Shown: positions 52,560 through 64,000 of the stretch, piece after piece
Position numbering within the stretch: position 1 is the first letter of the stretch
Layout: every line of letters starts with the position of its first letter
Assembly: GCF_000315625.1 (NCBI RefSeq)
Contig: NW_005434644.1
Location: 378,973-442,972, forward strand
Direction: 5' to 3'
DNA: 64,000 nt
Source of the DNA: Guillardia theta CCMP2712
Taxonomy: Eukaryota > Protista > Cryptophyta
Translations under genes and position numbers: made by a program
The notes under the pieces: model-generated
The model's input: the letters and a program-made list of their open reading frames with translations, nothing else
Databases searched by the model: none
Told to the model about the DNA's origin: nothing

Positions 52560-55186
52560 TTTCGTCCTCTGCTCTTCTCCTCATAGGTCATCTCATCAGC
52601 TTGTAACATGTCCTCGATATTGTCCGCGTTCCTGTCCCAATCTTTTCGCATCTGTGACCACAGTGAACTCTTCTCCTTCCCCGTCCTCCTCCGCCGATCG
52701 ACTTCCACTCCTCCTCCTCCTCCTTCTCCTCCTCCTCCTCCTCCTCCTCCTCCTCCTCCTCCTCCTCCTCCTCCTCCTCCTCCTCCTCCTCCTCCTCCTC
52801 CTCCTCCTCCTCCTCCTCCTCCTCCTCCTCCTCCTCCTCCTCCTCCTCCTCCTCCTCCTCTCTTGGCCNNNNNNNNNNNNNNNNNNNNNNNNNNNNNNNN
52901 NNNNNNNNNNNNNNNNNNNNNNNNNNNNNNNNNNNNNNNNNNNNNNNNNNNNNNNNNNNNNNNNNNNNGGGGGGGGGACGTGACCGTCTCCTTCTCCTTA
53001 GCATGCATTGTCTCTCTCTTGATCCTCCTCAGCTCCTCCATCTGCATCCTCTCAGTGTCTGCCGGTTCCTCTTCTCCTTCCTCCTCTTCTCCTCCCTCCC
53101 CTTCTCCTCCCTCCTCTTCTCCTCCCTCCCCTTCTCCTCCCTCCTCTTCTCCTCCCTCCTCTTCTCCTCCCTCCTCTTCTCCTCCCTCCTCTTCTCCTCC
53201 CTCCTCTTCTCCTCCCTCCTCTTCTCCTCCCCCACCTTTGTCTTCAGCTTCCTTGCTTCCACTTGCTGCCCTGCACCTGAGGCCTGTGAAGAATTTTGCG
53301 GCAGTGAGGCAGCGAAAGGAGGTGGAGGGGATGCACATTCATCCATGCACACATGAGGGTGCACCATCAGCAACCACTCGCAACCCATGGACAGGGAAGT
53401 CGAGAACAAGTCTGCTCCTCAACCTCTCTCCCTCCCTCCCTCCCTCCCTCACTCCCTCACTCACTCACTCCTCTCTCCCTTCCCCTCTGCGCTCACCTTC
53501 CTGGCTCCTCCCGTCCGAGGCAGCCATGGCCTGGCTGCTGCTACCTTTTGGACCTGCCTCTGCTTGGTCAGCTTCTGCCTTGCGCACAAGGTTGGCCCAC
53601 AGGAGCAGGGATCTGATCGCCGCCTCGTGCAAGAGGAGCAAGAGAAGAGGAAGGAGGTGGAGGAGGAGCTGCGGAATGAGGGTCAACCCCTCCGCTCCGC
53701 TCCCCCTCAACCCTCCGCCACCTGCGCGCGAGAAATCTTTTGCATCCTGCCTGAAGACCAGGCTCCGCAGGCTCCGACCAGCAGCCTCTCTCTTCCTAAT
53801 ACGATGGAGCAGTTGCTCGTTCGACTGTAAGGCCATACAGTTTCAGCTCTTCACTCCCTCCCTCCTCGCCCTCACTCCTCCCTCTGCCCGATTCCTTTCG
53901 TAATCCTCCAAACACCCGCCCTCTTCGTTCCCCTCTACTTCCCCATCTCTTCCTTTCTCCCCTTCTCCTCTAACCCACCCACGCACCCACCCAACCCACC
54001 CAACCCACCCACCACCACCACCACCACCACCTGCTCCCATTCCTTTCCCTCCCTTCCCCTCCTCTTTTGCTTTTCACCTTCTCATTGGAGCTCCAGAAGC
54101 TAAGGCCCATCCGATCCTCGTCGATGCGATAACGGGAGCTAACTGAAGGAGCAGAGCTAGAGGGGAGAGGAGGAGCAGGCTCGTACGAGGGGAGTGCGGA
54201 AGAGTTGCTTCTCAAGGAGCCCCGACGAGGAGGAGGAGCGAGAGAAGAGTTGACAGAAGCTGCTGCTGCTGCATCCAGTCAAGACGCTATACTAGCGAAG
54301 AGAACTGGAGGCCAGCTGGCCAACAAGTCTTACCTTGAGCATGCTCGACCCGTTTGTGGGCGTTAAGTGGGAGATGAGAAGGATGTGAGGAGGTATGGAA
54401 AGAGGAAGAAGAAGAAGAAGAAGAAGAAGAAGAAGAAGAAGAAGAGGGTTTCTCCCTTCCCGGCTCTTTTTCATGAGTGAGGAAGTAGAAAGCTGTTTGC
54501 CTCAGGCCCTTGTCTTGTGGGATGTCACTCCGCGTCCTCCTCCGGGTAGAATAGTCTTGTGCCTGAACGAAATGCCTCCTGCCCTCCGCTCGTCCATGAG
54601 CTGCGTCCTCAAACATCCGAAAGGCAACCGATCCTGCGAACAAGGGTGCCTCAGGGCAGAAGGAGCAGAAGGGAGCAGGAGGAGCAGGAGCAGGAGCAGG
54701 AGCAAGAGCAGGAGCAGGAAGAGGACAGCGGAGGGGGAATGGGGGGGGGGGGGGGGTGGCTCGGATTTCAAGTCTACACACTGCCCTTTATCATCGAGAT
54801 GTCTTATGACGTGAGGCGGAAGCAGGTCTCCTCTCTTCTGTAATGCATGCGATGTGTATCTTGTGCACATCTTTCTGAGTTCTCTTTCTTCACACATAAG
54901 AATGTATAACCCAACTACACCATCTACAAGCATGTGAGTCACGAGAGCTATGGCTATGAGACACTAACTTGTATCGCACGGGCAGACTTTGGGAAACTTA
55001 ACTCACATGTGCACGCGGTTTTCTGATTGCAAGTGGCGTGTACGATACTGTGGTATCTACCCGAATGATTCCACNNNNNNNNNNNNNNNNNNNNNNNNNN
55101 NNNNNNNNNNNNNNNNNNNNNNNNNNNNNNNNNNNNNNNNNNNNNNNNNNNNNNNNNNNNNNNNNNNNNNNNNNCGACGAAGGGAC

Positions 55187-55228
<42 letters not shown>

Positions 55229-55520
55229 GGGGGGGGGGAGGAGCAGGAGGAAAACGTTTCTTACTCAGTTTGTGGTCGCTGGGGATTTCAGTCACATGGG
55301 GAGGGAAGCGCTTGCTGCTCTGCTGCAGCACTGAGGTCTCTCCGTTGGGACGTTGGAAAGGTTGCAGGTACACGGCAGTGAAGAGCACAGCGACCAGAGC
55401 GATGGAGGATGCGTGAAGGAGGTCACGGAGGTTCCAACGTGTGAGGAGGAGCAGGGGAGCTGCTGCACATGTCCTGGAGGATGACGACCGACGATCATCG
55501 GACAGTGACGAGCGCAGCAT
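52560..55520 (-). CDS. Unknown low-complexity/coiled-coil protein(s) with an N-terminal TM anchor, interrupted by two gaps
   Basis: SIALVAVLFTAVYL segment, Glu-rich EEEGG repeats and Leu/Gln/Glu-rich exons. The gene structure cannot be resolved. Confidence 0.35.
52869..52968. other. Assembly gap (100 N) next to a (CCT)n microsatellite at 52708-52862
   Basis: N run. Confidence 0.98.
55075..55174. other. Assembly gap (100 N)
   Basis: N run. Confidence 0.98.
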
Positions 55521-55824
55521 TGTCGTTGGAACGACGAGGATTCCGACAACTCACTCACTCCTCCTGCTTCCCCAACTCCTCGCCATCAGCGTCTTGTAGC
55601 CATGCTCTCTCTCCTCCTCCTCCTCTCCCTGTCTCTCCTCCCCTCTCCACTCCCCTGCCTAGTCCTTCCATCCCGAAATTCGCCATGTCACAAGGGTCAC
55701 TGCGAGTGTCGGGCCATCCCTCAAACGGGCCTGCCGGACTCACTGCCGGACTCACTGCCGGACTCACTGCCGGGCCCCGGGTCCGGTTACATCGCCAGTG
55801 GATGCAACAACCGTTGCATCGCGC

Positions 55825-56967
55825 ATGGCACCGCCTCTCGCATTGACCCTCGCGGTCGCCATGGGCGTGATGGGAGGAGGAGGAGCCTCGGCCTCGCCAG
55901 CTGCAGCTGCAGAGCAGAAGCTCTGCTTCGCTGCTCCCGTGCCTGACAACCTACAGCTCGGCTCCAGACGCGCAGCAGCGGGTCAGGAGCGGATCAGGGT
56001 GGAAGCGGACTACGTCACTTGCACGCAGTGACCGCACGGATACATCGGGAAGAAGCACATCCAGAAGGCTCTGCTGCTCTTCCACGAGAGGCACCCGACC
56101 GCGGCCATTGAGATCAACGTCACCCGACATCCTTACTCTTTCCTGGGCGATGCTAAGGACGGCAGTGGATTCCTCCGATCCGGAGGGCAGTGGACCTGGC
56201 ATGATGGCCTCGTCGACTACACTGGAGGGTCAGAAGCACAAGCTCGAGCATACGAGGCATCTCTGAGTGGTCTGATCTAGTCTCTGTGCTTGTCTGCCAC
56301 CTGACGTTTGGATGGACAGAGCTCGGGCAACGGGCAGGCATCAGGTTCCGTTATGATCAGAAGACGAACTGGCAGCCTGTAGACAGTCAGAGGATTTGGT
56401 TGTGGTCGGCAAAGCAGGGAAAGGCTGAGGAATACATCGATCGCCTCAACCACCGACACTTCGAGCTCGGAGAATCTGCGTCGGACAGGAAAACAGTGTT
56501 GGCCGCCTGTGCCGACGTCGGAATCGACAAGGAGGAAGCAAAGGCGTTCTTGGAGACAGATGAGCTGGTAGAGACCGTGTGGAAGTCATACGGAGACACC
56601 ATCCACAAGTATGGAATCCACTCCATCCCCCTCTTCGTCTTCAACGTCCCTGCCATCGGTGCCGTGGGCGGTCCATTCAGAAAGGATAGCTGCTCCAGGT
56701 ACTCGGGATGCGGGCAACGGGAGGAGGAGAGGGGGGAGGAAGGAAGGACAGATGGGAAAGGGAGGGAGGAATGCGCGTGACTTTGAGACAGGGAAGATGA
56801 AAGGACGAGGTGTCAGAGGGAACCGTGGGTTGTCAACGGTGAGCAGATCCGATCAATGAAAAGAAGCTTGTGTAGTGAAGGCGAATCGACCAGGTTCGAT
56901 GGATGCCAACAGGTTCCTCCAGATCTTCGAAGAGATCCTCCGTCTGCAGATGAAGTCCAGGGAGTAA
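55825..56967 (+). CDS. DsbA/FrnE-family thioredoxin-fold selenoprotein (TGA at 56029-56031 read as Sec)
   Basis: The frame continues through the TGA as DYVTCTQ-U-PHGYIGKKHIQKAL...VTRHPY...ELGQRAGIRFRYD...YGIHSIPLFVFN...VNGSMDANRFLQIFEE, all aligning with FrnE features. Introns at ~56270-56318, 56699-56817 and 56838-56893. SECIS in the 3' UTR. Confidence 0.88.
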
Positions 56968-57072
56968 CTGTGCTGTCAAGTTGTGATATCCTCTGAATGA
57001 CAGGAAACGTGTAAAGGCCTGGCACCTCGCTTGGTCCATGTTTCCTTGACAAGCTGGAGAACTTGGCACGGT
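56968..57072 (+). promoter_or_regulatory. Eukaryotic type II SECIS element
   Basis: ATGA (56997-57000), C, AGGAAACGTG, T-AAA, GGCC...GGTC, CATGTTTCCT, TGAC. This gives the GA quartet, a 10-bp helix II, an unpaired AAA and a ministem. Lower helix GTCAAGTT/AACTTGGC. Confidence 0.92.
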
Positions 57073-57164
57073 AGTTGATCGACCTGGATGATAAGAGGCA
57101 CACGTGAGTAATATACTCAAAAGGATGTAGGCGTGCTCAGCCTTGTTCTGTGCTGTAGTGGCCG

Positions 57165-57955
57165 CTCAGAGTGTCAGTCGCTGAGCCTGATGCCGGGCCC
57201 GGACGCGTAGGTCCAGGCTTCTCGGATCGTCACGGGTCAACTGAGTCAGTGACTTGCAGCGACTTGTCAGTGACCCGCCAGGCTGGACTTCAATACGGTC
57301 CGCTCAGGCGGCCGGGCCCCGGCACGGTCGGAGCCCGGCCCCTGCCACGGTCCGAGTCAGGATCAGTGAGCCGCCGCCGTCGCGGCCTCTCGGATGGAGT
57401 CACAGTCTCGGACTCGGTCCGACGGTCACTGAGCGGTCGCGGCGAGCCGCCTCAACAGCGACTCCGGCGAGGAATGTGTTGTGCCGCCGCAACCCCGCGG
57501 GCCGCGCAGCTACTGTCAGGTGCCGTACCCCCGTCCCGGCGCACGCCGGGGACGGTCGGACCCCAGGCTCGCCACCGTGGCGTACCGTACGATACGGCCC
57601 CGCCGGTGACCGTGCCGGCGAGTCAGACGCCGTGCCGCTAGTGGCCGGGCACCGTCCGCGGTGATGATCCGACCCGAGTCCAGTGCGGCACTGCCATTCA
57701 GGCTGTACATCCGCCGGATACCGTACGCCCGGCGTAACCCGGTCACCGGGTAGTTGGACGGTCCGAACTCGGAAACAGGCTGCCACTAGTAAGGCCCGGC
57801 CTGGGCCCGCCTGGCTTCCGAGGAGGCTCGGAACTTCCGGAAGTTCGGCACGCGGCTCCGACGGCACCGGCCCGGCCACCCGGCGATGACCGGTAGTGTC
57901 GCTGTACCGGTACCCCGTGCCACGGTGGGAGCGGCTCAATCTGTTAAGTCACTCA
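57165..57955. other. GC-rich palindromic-word island
   Basis: Same vocabulary as the other islands (GAACTTCCGGAAGTTC palindrome, GTACCGTAC, ACTGAGTCAGT). Confidence 0.7.
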
Positions 57956-58419
57956 GCCTCCACGACCCCACCCCAGCCTGTGACTTATTATTGAAAAATC
58001 ATGGTGGGTAGTCACTGCCACCTGTTTTGCCCCCTACACCACCATCCCCAGGGTCTCAGGATCAGCCCAGCATCAAACGGCATACCCAGTACCCTCGCCC
58101 TCAGGAACGCGACCACCACCCTTGCTTCCTCGAGGACCCCTTCTTTGGCCGAGTATCGTTATGCCTTCCACCCCCCATCACATTTGCTCCCTACCTTGTA
58201 TTGCACTGTCCTTGCCACCCCCTCCCCCCACCCCCCCTTACTACTTACGGACCGTGCCCTACCCCTGGTTTAATGCCACCGGGCCGTACCCCACTCACAG
58301 AACAATGGTTCATGCAGATTTTAAAAGGGATGGGAGTGGTAGCGCAAAAATGCTCGATGGGCGCTACAGCAAACATGGTTGAGAGATCGTCAAGATTTGA
58401 TCTTTGCTCATGAAGGATA

Positions 58420-60950
58420 TGCTGCAGCAACAGACGCGAACGTCGTTGTGATGGTGTCGAGCTAGTCATAGCCTTTTCAGAAAGTGGACCGAAGAAAAGA
58501 TTGGGAATGAGTGGTCAATCTTGTGGATGAAGATGAAGACGATGTTCATGTGCAGCCGAGCTAGACTGATTCTCACATAAGCTATTTTGAAACTTCGATT
58601 GCTACCTGCACTAGAGAAATTCATTCCCTACAGTGGAAAAGAACCTAGATTTTGGACCGTGTCTGAGGGCCACTTGACTGATATCAATACGCAGGCAGTT
58701 GGCGATGCAGGCTGTTGTACAGATCCGAGCTCAAGAAAGATTCAACGCCTCTACGGTAAACTTAAGCTTGCAAGGTTAGCCATGCTGAGCTGTGGATCAC
58801 CCAGTTGTATCACATGGAGACGCGAAGCCAGTTAGGGCTGCGAGAGGTCAAGAACAAGACCTACTCGGATTTTGAACGACTGCATCAAGATCTTGCCAAA
58901 CGAGTAGCATGCGATTCCTTCTTCACTATCTCGACTCACTATGATCCTAGCACCCTGTCCCATCCTTCCCCCCCAAGTATCCGCAGGGAAGCAAGAAACA
59001 GAGGATAGATATCATTCGCGCGTAAGATACTGTCCTAAAATTCATCTGAAGGAGTTGATGGATGATTTTGCAGAGAATTAGAAAAATATCTGAATGCTCT
59101 ACTCGGCAGGATGGAGACTGCGGGGGATGCGGCATTGTATCGCGGGGAGGCTGGTTGTTGAAGATGCTGATGGAGTGACACAGGTGTAAATTCATATGCC
59201 TAGAACCCAACATAACGTTGCATGGGCTGGTAACTTGTATCCTCAAGTTGTTGGGAGTGTTCACCATGCTCTTCAGCGTCAGTCGATGACGAGAGAAGCC
59301 GTGCCGCCGCAGACCAACTCTTCTCCCATCAACAACAATGTACAAAGTCAGTCACCGCAGAAACCCTCGCAACAGAGTCCGCAGGCAGTTCATCAGATTG
59401 CTCTTCCTGTTGATCCATATTCTTACCCCGTCGGTATAGCCTGATCGCTGTTGTTGTTGTCGGAATGTAACACTTTCCTCTTGTCAGCCCCAGTACCAGC
59501 CCCCCTAGCCCAGCCGCATCCAGAGCCAACTCTACCTGGCCCTGCCGATGCCTTTCCACAAGTCCAACAAGTTCAACCAGAAATTAGCAGGCAAGATTTC
59601 AAGGAGCTGTTCGGACTTTCTCCTCCGCCCTCAAGGTCACACTTGTTGATTGGTTCCTGCTCTTGACTTGCAAGCAGCTTCCTGGGACCTGAGAACGTCT
59701 CGAGCAACCTACAAGTCCCCCCCATGGAGCCGGTGCCCAGTAAGAGACCTCCCTTAGCCTGTGCTTCCCTTGACACGTGGGTCGCTCCCTTGAAAGTGGC
59801 GGAGAGGAAGGAAGATGCTGCTCACAGGCTCTCGAACGAGGTGAGAGCTCCCTCCCGACGCTTGCTCCGACGTCTGACTGGTGTGTGTGGGAAGGGTCAA
59901 CCGCTAGGGATGCCTCTCTCCGAATCCCTCAAAGAGCCCCCAGCAGTCCCCAAGGGCTTCGAGGAATACTCAGAGGTTCCTGCTCTCGCTCCATCCGTTG
60001 CGTCCTCTGACTCGTCCTTAGATTACCGACCACATCCCCGACGAGCTCGACCTCGACAACCTCATCCAGTCGTTCCCTCCTACCACCGACTTCTCCGTCC
60101 CTCTCATCTCCCAGTTCGCCCCTGGCCCCGAGGACCAGCTGGACTTCAGCCACATGTCGATGCGAGCCAGCGAACAGGCGTCGGCAAGCAAGCAAGCACG
60201 TAGATTGCCGCTCTTGGAGTCTTGTTGTGTTGCGACTTGACTCGAGAATTTACAGCTGCAGGGATGAAGAGCGGAGAGAGCGCGGAGGCAGCAGCGGGCA
60301 GGACCATCTCTCCAGGAGCATACGAGGGGCAGTACACAGGAAGCGACGAGGAGGTGGCCCGAGCGTGGATCAGCGAGGTGACGGGGGAGAAGCTGGAAGG
60401 GCCCCTACAAGAATGTCTCAAGTCAGGAGTCGTCCTGTGCAAACTTGTAAATAGGATCAAGAGCAACTCAATCCTCCGCATCAACACAGGCCCGATGCCC
60501 TTCCCGCAGCGAGAGAACGTCAACGCCTTCTGCGAGGCAGCGAGATCGATGGGGTGAGGAGAGGAAGGAGGAGAGGAAGGAGGAGAGGAAGGAGGAGAGG
60601 AAGGAGGAGAGGAAGGAGGAGAGGAAGGAGGAGAGGAAGGAGGAGAGGAAGGAGGAGTGGGGAGGGGAGGAGCGGACTGGACCTTACGTCAAGCTTGCTC
60701 GCAGAGTTCCCGATAAGGACAATTTCACTACTGCTGATCTCTTCGACAACCGAAACTTCAAACAGGTTCTCGTCTGCATCTTCAGCTTCGGTCGGCAGTG
60801 CTACTTCGCCCCAGGATGGAACGGACCTTGTCTCGGCCGGTGAGAGTGGCCGGGGGGTCCAGCTCTGATGTCTTGCTGATGTCTTGCTGCAGGCCGGAGA
60901 TGGCGAAGCTGGGACCGTCGAGGTCGTTTGGGAGGAATGACAGCAAGTAA
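58420..60950 (+). CDS. Multi-exon PX-domain protein, probably with a C-terminal calponin-homology domain (may be two genes)
   Basis: PX: KTYSDFERLHQDLAK...PILPPK...ELEKYLNALL. CH: ARAWISEVTG...LKSGVVLCKLVNRIK...QRENVNAFCEAARSMG|VPDKDNFTTADLFDNRNFKQVLVCIFSFGR. Stop at 60950. Confidence 0.7.
60556..60657 (+). repeat. Intronic 12-bp tandem repeat (GAGGAGAGGAAG)n
   Basis: About eight units directly after the GT donor. Confidence 0.9.
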
Positions 60951-61029
60951 CAAAGTAGGAAGAGACTAGCTGGAAGGGAAGGACATGCAGTTTGAACTCA
61001 ATTAAAACAACCTTGAGAGGGGGAAAAGA

Positions 61030-62483
61030 GAAAGTGACAGGATGAAACGAGAGCTATCCCTCTATCCAATGTATCTGCTCCAGCCAGTCGTCGCCCCCCC
61101 CGTCTCCAGGAAGCCATGCCGCTGTTAAGGGCTGACCCAACTTGGCGAGCAGGAAGAGGAGGAGAACTCCTCCTACGCTGACCTGACGTCTCGTGACCTT
61201 CACCTCTGACAGTCGAGGTAGCGCGAGCCGAACAGAACGCATGCTGCGTGCAGGAAGTGAAAGTCTTGGGAGGCGGAGGCTGCTGAGCACATGAAGGAGC
61301 CGGGTACGACTTGCCGCTTGCACAGGCACAAGCTCTCGCAGCAGATCTAGAGCAAGAGAAGGCTCCTGGGAGGAGAGGAGGAGGGAACGGAGACGAGCAG
61401 GCCTGATCGAGCTGGAGAGAGAGAGGAGGACGGAGTCGTGCGGCCTCCTCTGCTGCCAGACAAGGTCGAGGCATCCAACTATTTGTGCTGTCCTCTCCTT
61501 GCGGAGTTTGTGGTTGCAGGCGACGATGAGGAAGGGGATGAGAACCTGAAGCAAACGAGATGAGCACATGCGGAGCTCGAGGCGTGAATGAGGAGGGAGG
61601 AAGAGGAGAGCAGCACAAGAGGGGAGGGAGGAGGAGAGAGGAGGATGAAAGAGGAGGTGGGAAAAGGGACAAGAGTGAGGGAAAGGTCAGAATTCCAAGT
61701 TCTCGTGACCTCCTCATTCTCCTGGAAGTTTGTATTGGTAGTGAAGATATCCCATATCATGGCATGAACCTGATATAAGTTACCACCTGTCCCCTCCCTC
61801 CTCCTCCCCCTCCTACCTCAGCGTCTGAAACACGATTGGCGACCAGGCAGATTTTGACGAACAAGCGATCGTCGATGAGGTGAGGGTGCCTGAGGGGGGC
61901 AGATGAGGTCAAGTGGAGGAGAGGAGTTGAGTTGAGTTGAGAGGAGAGGAGAGGAGGGAATGGGAGGGGAGAAGGGAGGGGAGGGGAGGGGAGAAGGGAG
62001 GGGAGGGGAGGGGAGGGGAGAAGAATGGCTGACATCCTTCACCTTATCATCTCCTCCAGCCATGACTTGAAAATCCTTTTCTTCACGCCCTCCCGCCCGG
62101 AGCTTTTGAACCAGTCAAAGTCAATCATCGAAATATTCCCCTCCACCCGCTCCACCTCCTCCTCCACCACCTCCTCCTCTTCTCTCCATGCCCTCTCCAT
62201 ATTCCAGCACTGCAACTTCTTTGACGACACTGCTCCAGTCCTTTCTCATCTCTTCTCCTTTCGTTTCTGCTCCTCTCCCCCACCTCGAGTCGACGACGTC
62301 CATGAGCAGAGTGAACAGCTCAGTCGACCAGCTCACTCCGTCTCTCAGCATCCACAAAAACGCCTGATGAGCCTCCTTCTGCCCAGCCCCCTTGTGCCTC
62401 GAGAGAACCTGACAGGCATCGTCATCCTCTTCTCCTTCCTCCTCCTGCTCCTCCACACCAGTATCACCACCGCTCGCTATCTA

Positions 62484-62533
<50 letters not shown>

Positions 62534-64000
62534 GTTCCTCCCTCGTCCTCGTCCTCGTCCTTGTCCTCGTCCTCTCATATCAGTCTCTTCAACTATTCTC
62601 TACATGCAAAACTGCTCTTCCTCGCCATTTTCGCTGTGTGGCAAATTGAGTTGCTGCTCACCTTGATCAGGTTGAGGTATAACATGTAGATGTGAGCATC
62701 TGGCTCCACTCCCTGTAAAGAACGCTGAGTCAAGGAGGAGGAGGAGGAGGAGGAGGAGGAGGAGGAGGAGGAGGAGGAGGAGGAGGAGGAGGTGGTGGTG
62801 GTGGTGGTGGTGGTGGTGGAGGAGGAGGAGGAGAAAAGGAGGAGGGTTTCACCTTCTTCTTCATGTCCTTGAGCAGCATGACTCCGTTCTCCATCCTCCC
62901 GTGGCGCCTGCTTGCCAGCCCGATCGCCACCTCGAAGCAGAGGAGGTAAACGGCTCTCGTCGCCCCCACCTCCTCCGCGCCCATCTCGGCCAGCGTCTCC
63001 TCAACGTCCTCAAACTTCACCCTCCCCTCCCACGAGGCCTTGGCAAGGAGAGAGAAGATGGAGCCGAAGTTGAAAATAGCCTTCCTCTCCCTCTCCACCC
63101 TCGCCTCCTCCTCCTCCTCGCCCTCCCCCTTCCTTGCCGTTCGGTTGCCGTGCTGCCACCAGCTCATCTGCCGAGCTCGCTGCAGTCGGCTCCAGATCCT
63201 GCGCAGGATGACGAAGGAGGACATATCGGGCGCGCAGCCGTCCTCCGCCATCAGCTCGATGACCTCCTGCACGTCCCTCTCCGTCGCCTCCCTCCTATCA
63301 GCCGCTGATGCCACCAGCTCCAGCAGCGAGTTCAGCGTCACCTGGTCCCCCTTGATCCCCCTCCTCCTCATCATCCTCACCACCCGCACTCCGTCCTCCA
63401 TCCTCGTCCTCCCAAAGTTGCTCATCCCCACCACACCAGCGAGAAGAGCGTTGAAAGTTATCGCATCGCCCTCCACCCCATCCTCCTGCATGCTCAGTAG
63501 AATTGCTTCTCCATCCTGCATGCTCGCCTTGTTGTGCTTCGCTGCTCCTGCCAGCGCCGCCATCATGGCCGAGTATGTCACAACACTCGGCTGCATCCCC
63601 TGCTGCCTCATCCTCTCCAGCACAGCCCGCGCGTCCTCCACCGTCGCCGCATTCTGCGACGCCATGCCGGCAACGATCGCCATCATACCGTTGAAGAAGC
63701 TGGGGGAAGGCTCCTGCATGCTGCCCTCCATCTCCTTCAGCACCCTCTCAGCGTCCTGCAGCGTTGCCTTGCCATGCCTCGAGCTCCATGCCAGGATGTC
63801 CATCAGGAACCGGAAGGTGCTCGCGTCTGCTCGCACGTCCTCCTCCTTCATCTTTGCCAGCAGCTCAAATGCTTCTTCCTTGCACGACCTCCCGCTCCTC
63901 GCGCTCTTTGACACGATGTCGAGCTGGCAGTCGTAAATTTCCTTGTCAGGGCGGAGGCCCGTGCTAGTGAACGCCTCCAGCACCCGCTTCCCCTGTCGCA
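61030..64000 (-). CDS. Pentatricopeptide-repeat (PPR) protein, 5' part outside the window
   Basis: Repeats such as MRQQGMQPSVVTYSAMMAAL, GVEGDAITFNALL and GIKGDQVTLNSLL. The 3' end is approximate. Confidence 0.85.

Noticed and set aside
52448-53903. Poly-Pro/Gly/Leu ORFs crossing the N run
   Set aside because: They are artefacts of the (CCT)n tract and the assembly gap.

Overview
This is eukaryotic nuclear DNA with many short GT-AG introns and CTGAC-type branch points. It is most likely from a cryptophyte alga: it carries a CpeZ-like phycobiliprotein lyase with a bipartite plastid presequence and a 56-aa ejectisin/Tri-like gene. About a dozen ordinary intron-containing genes are present (EF-hand/PH, HtrL-like, CRAL-TRIO, EF-hand/LRR, ankyrin, CpeZ-like, fucosyltransferase-like, ArfGAP, PX+CH, PPR). 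The main observations are: (1) a 12-kb block (~17.1-29.1 kb) with five intronless genes in strictly alternating orientation, sharing an invariant 85-aa CENP-B/psq-type HTH core joined to shuffled heads and tails; (2) a DsbA/FrnE-family selenoprotein split in the ORF track, with an in-frame TGA, a canonical SECIS and an unusual CxxU-P-H-G active site; (3) an in-frame fusion of a GT4 glycosyltransferase, membrane segments and a bacterial-type citramalate synthase; (4) a 2.6-kb element with perfect 29-bp TIRs, no visible TSD and an unassigned ORF; (5) recurrent GC-rich palindromic-word islands 5' of genes. There are three 100-N assembly gaps. Family calls come from motif recognition by eye, not database searches, and many exon boundaries are approximate.
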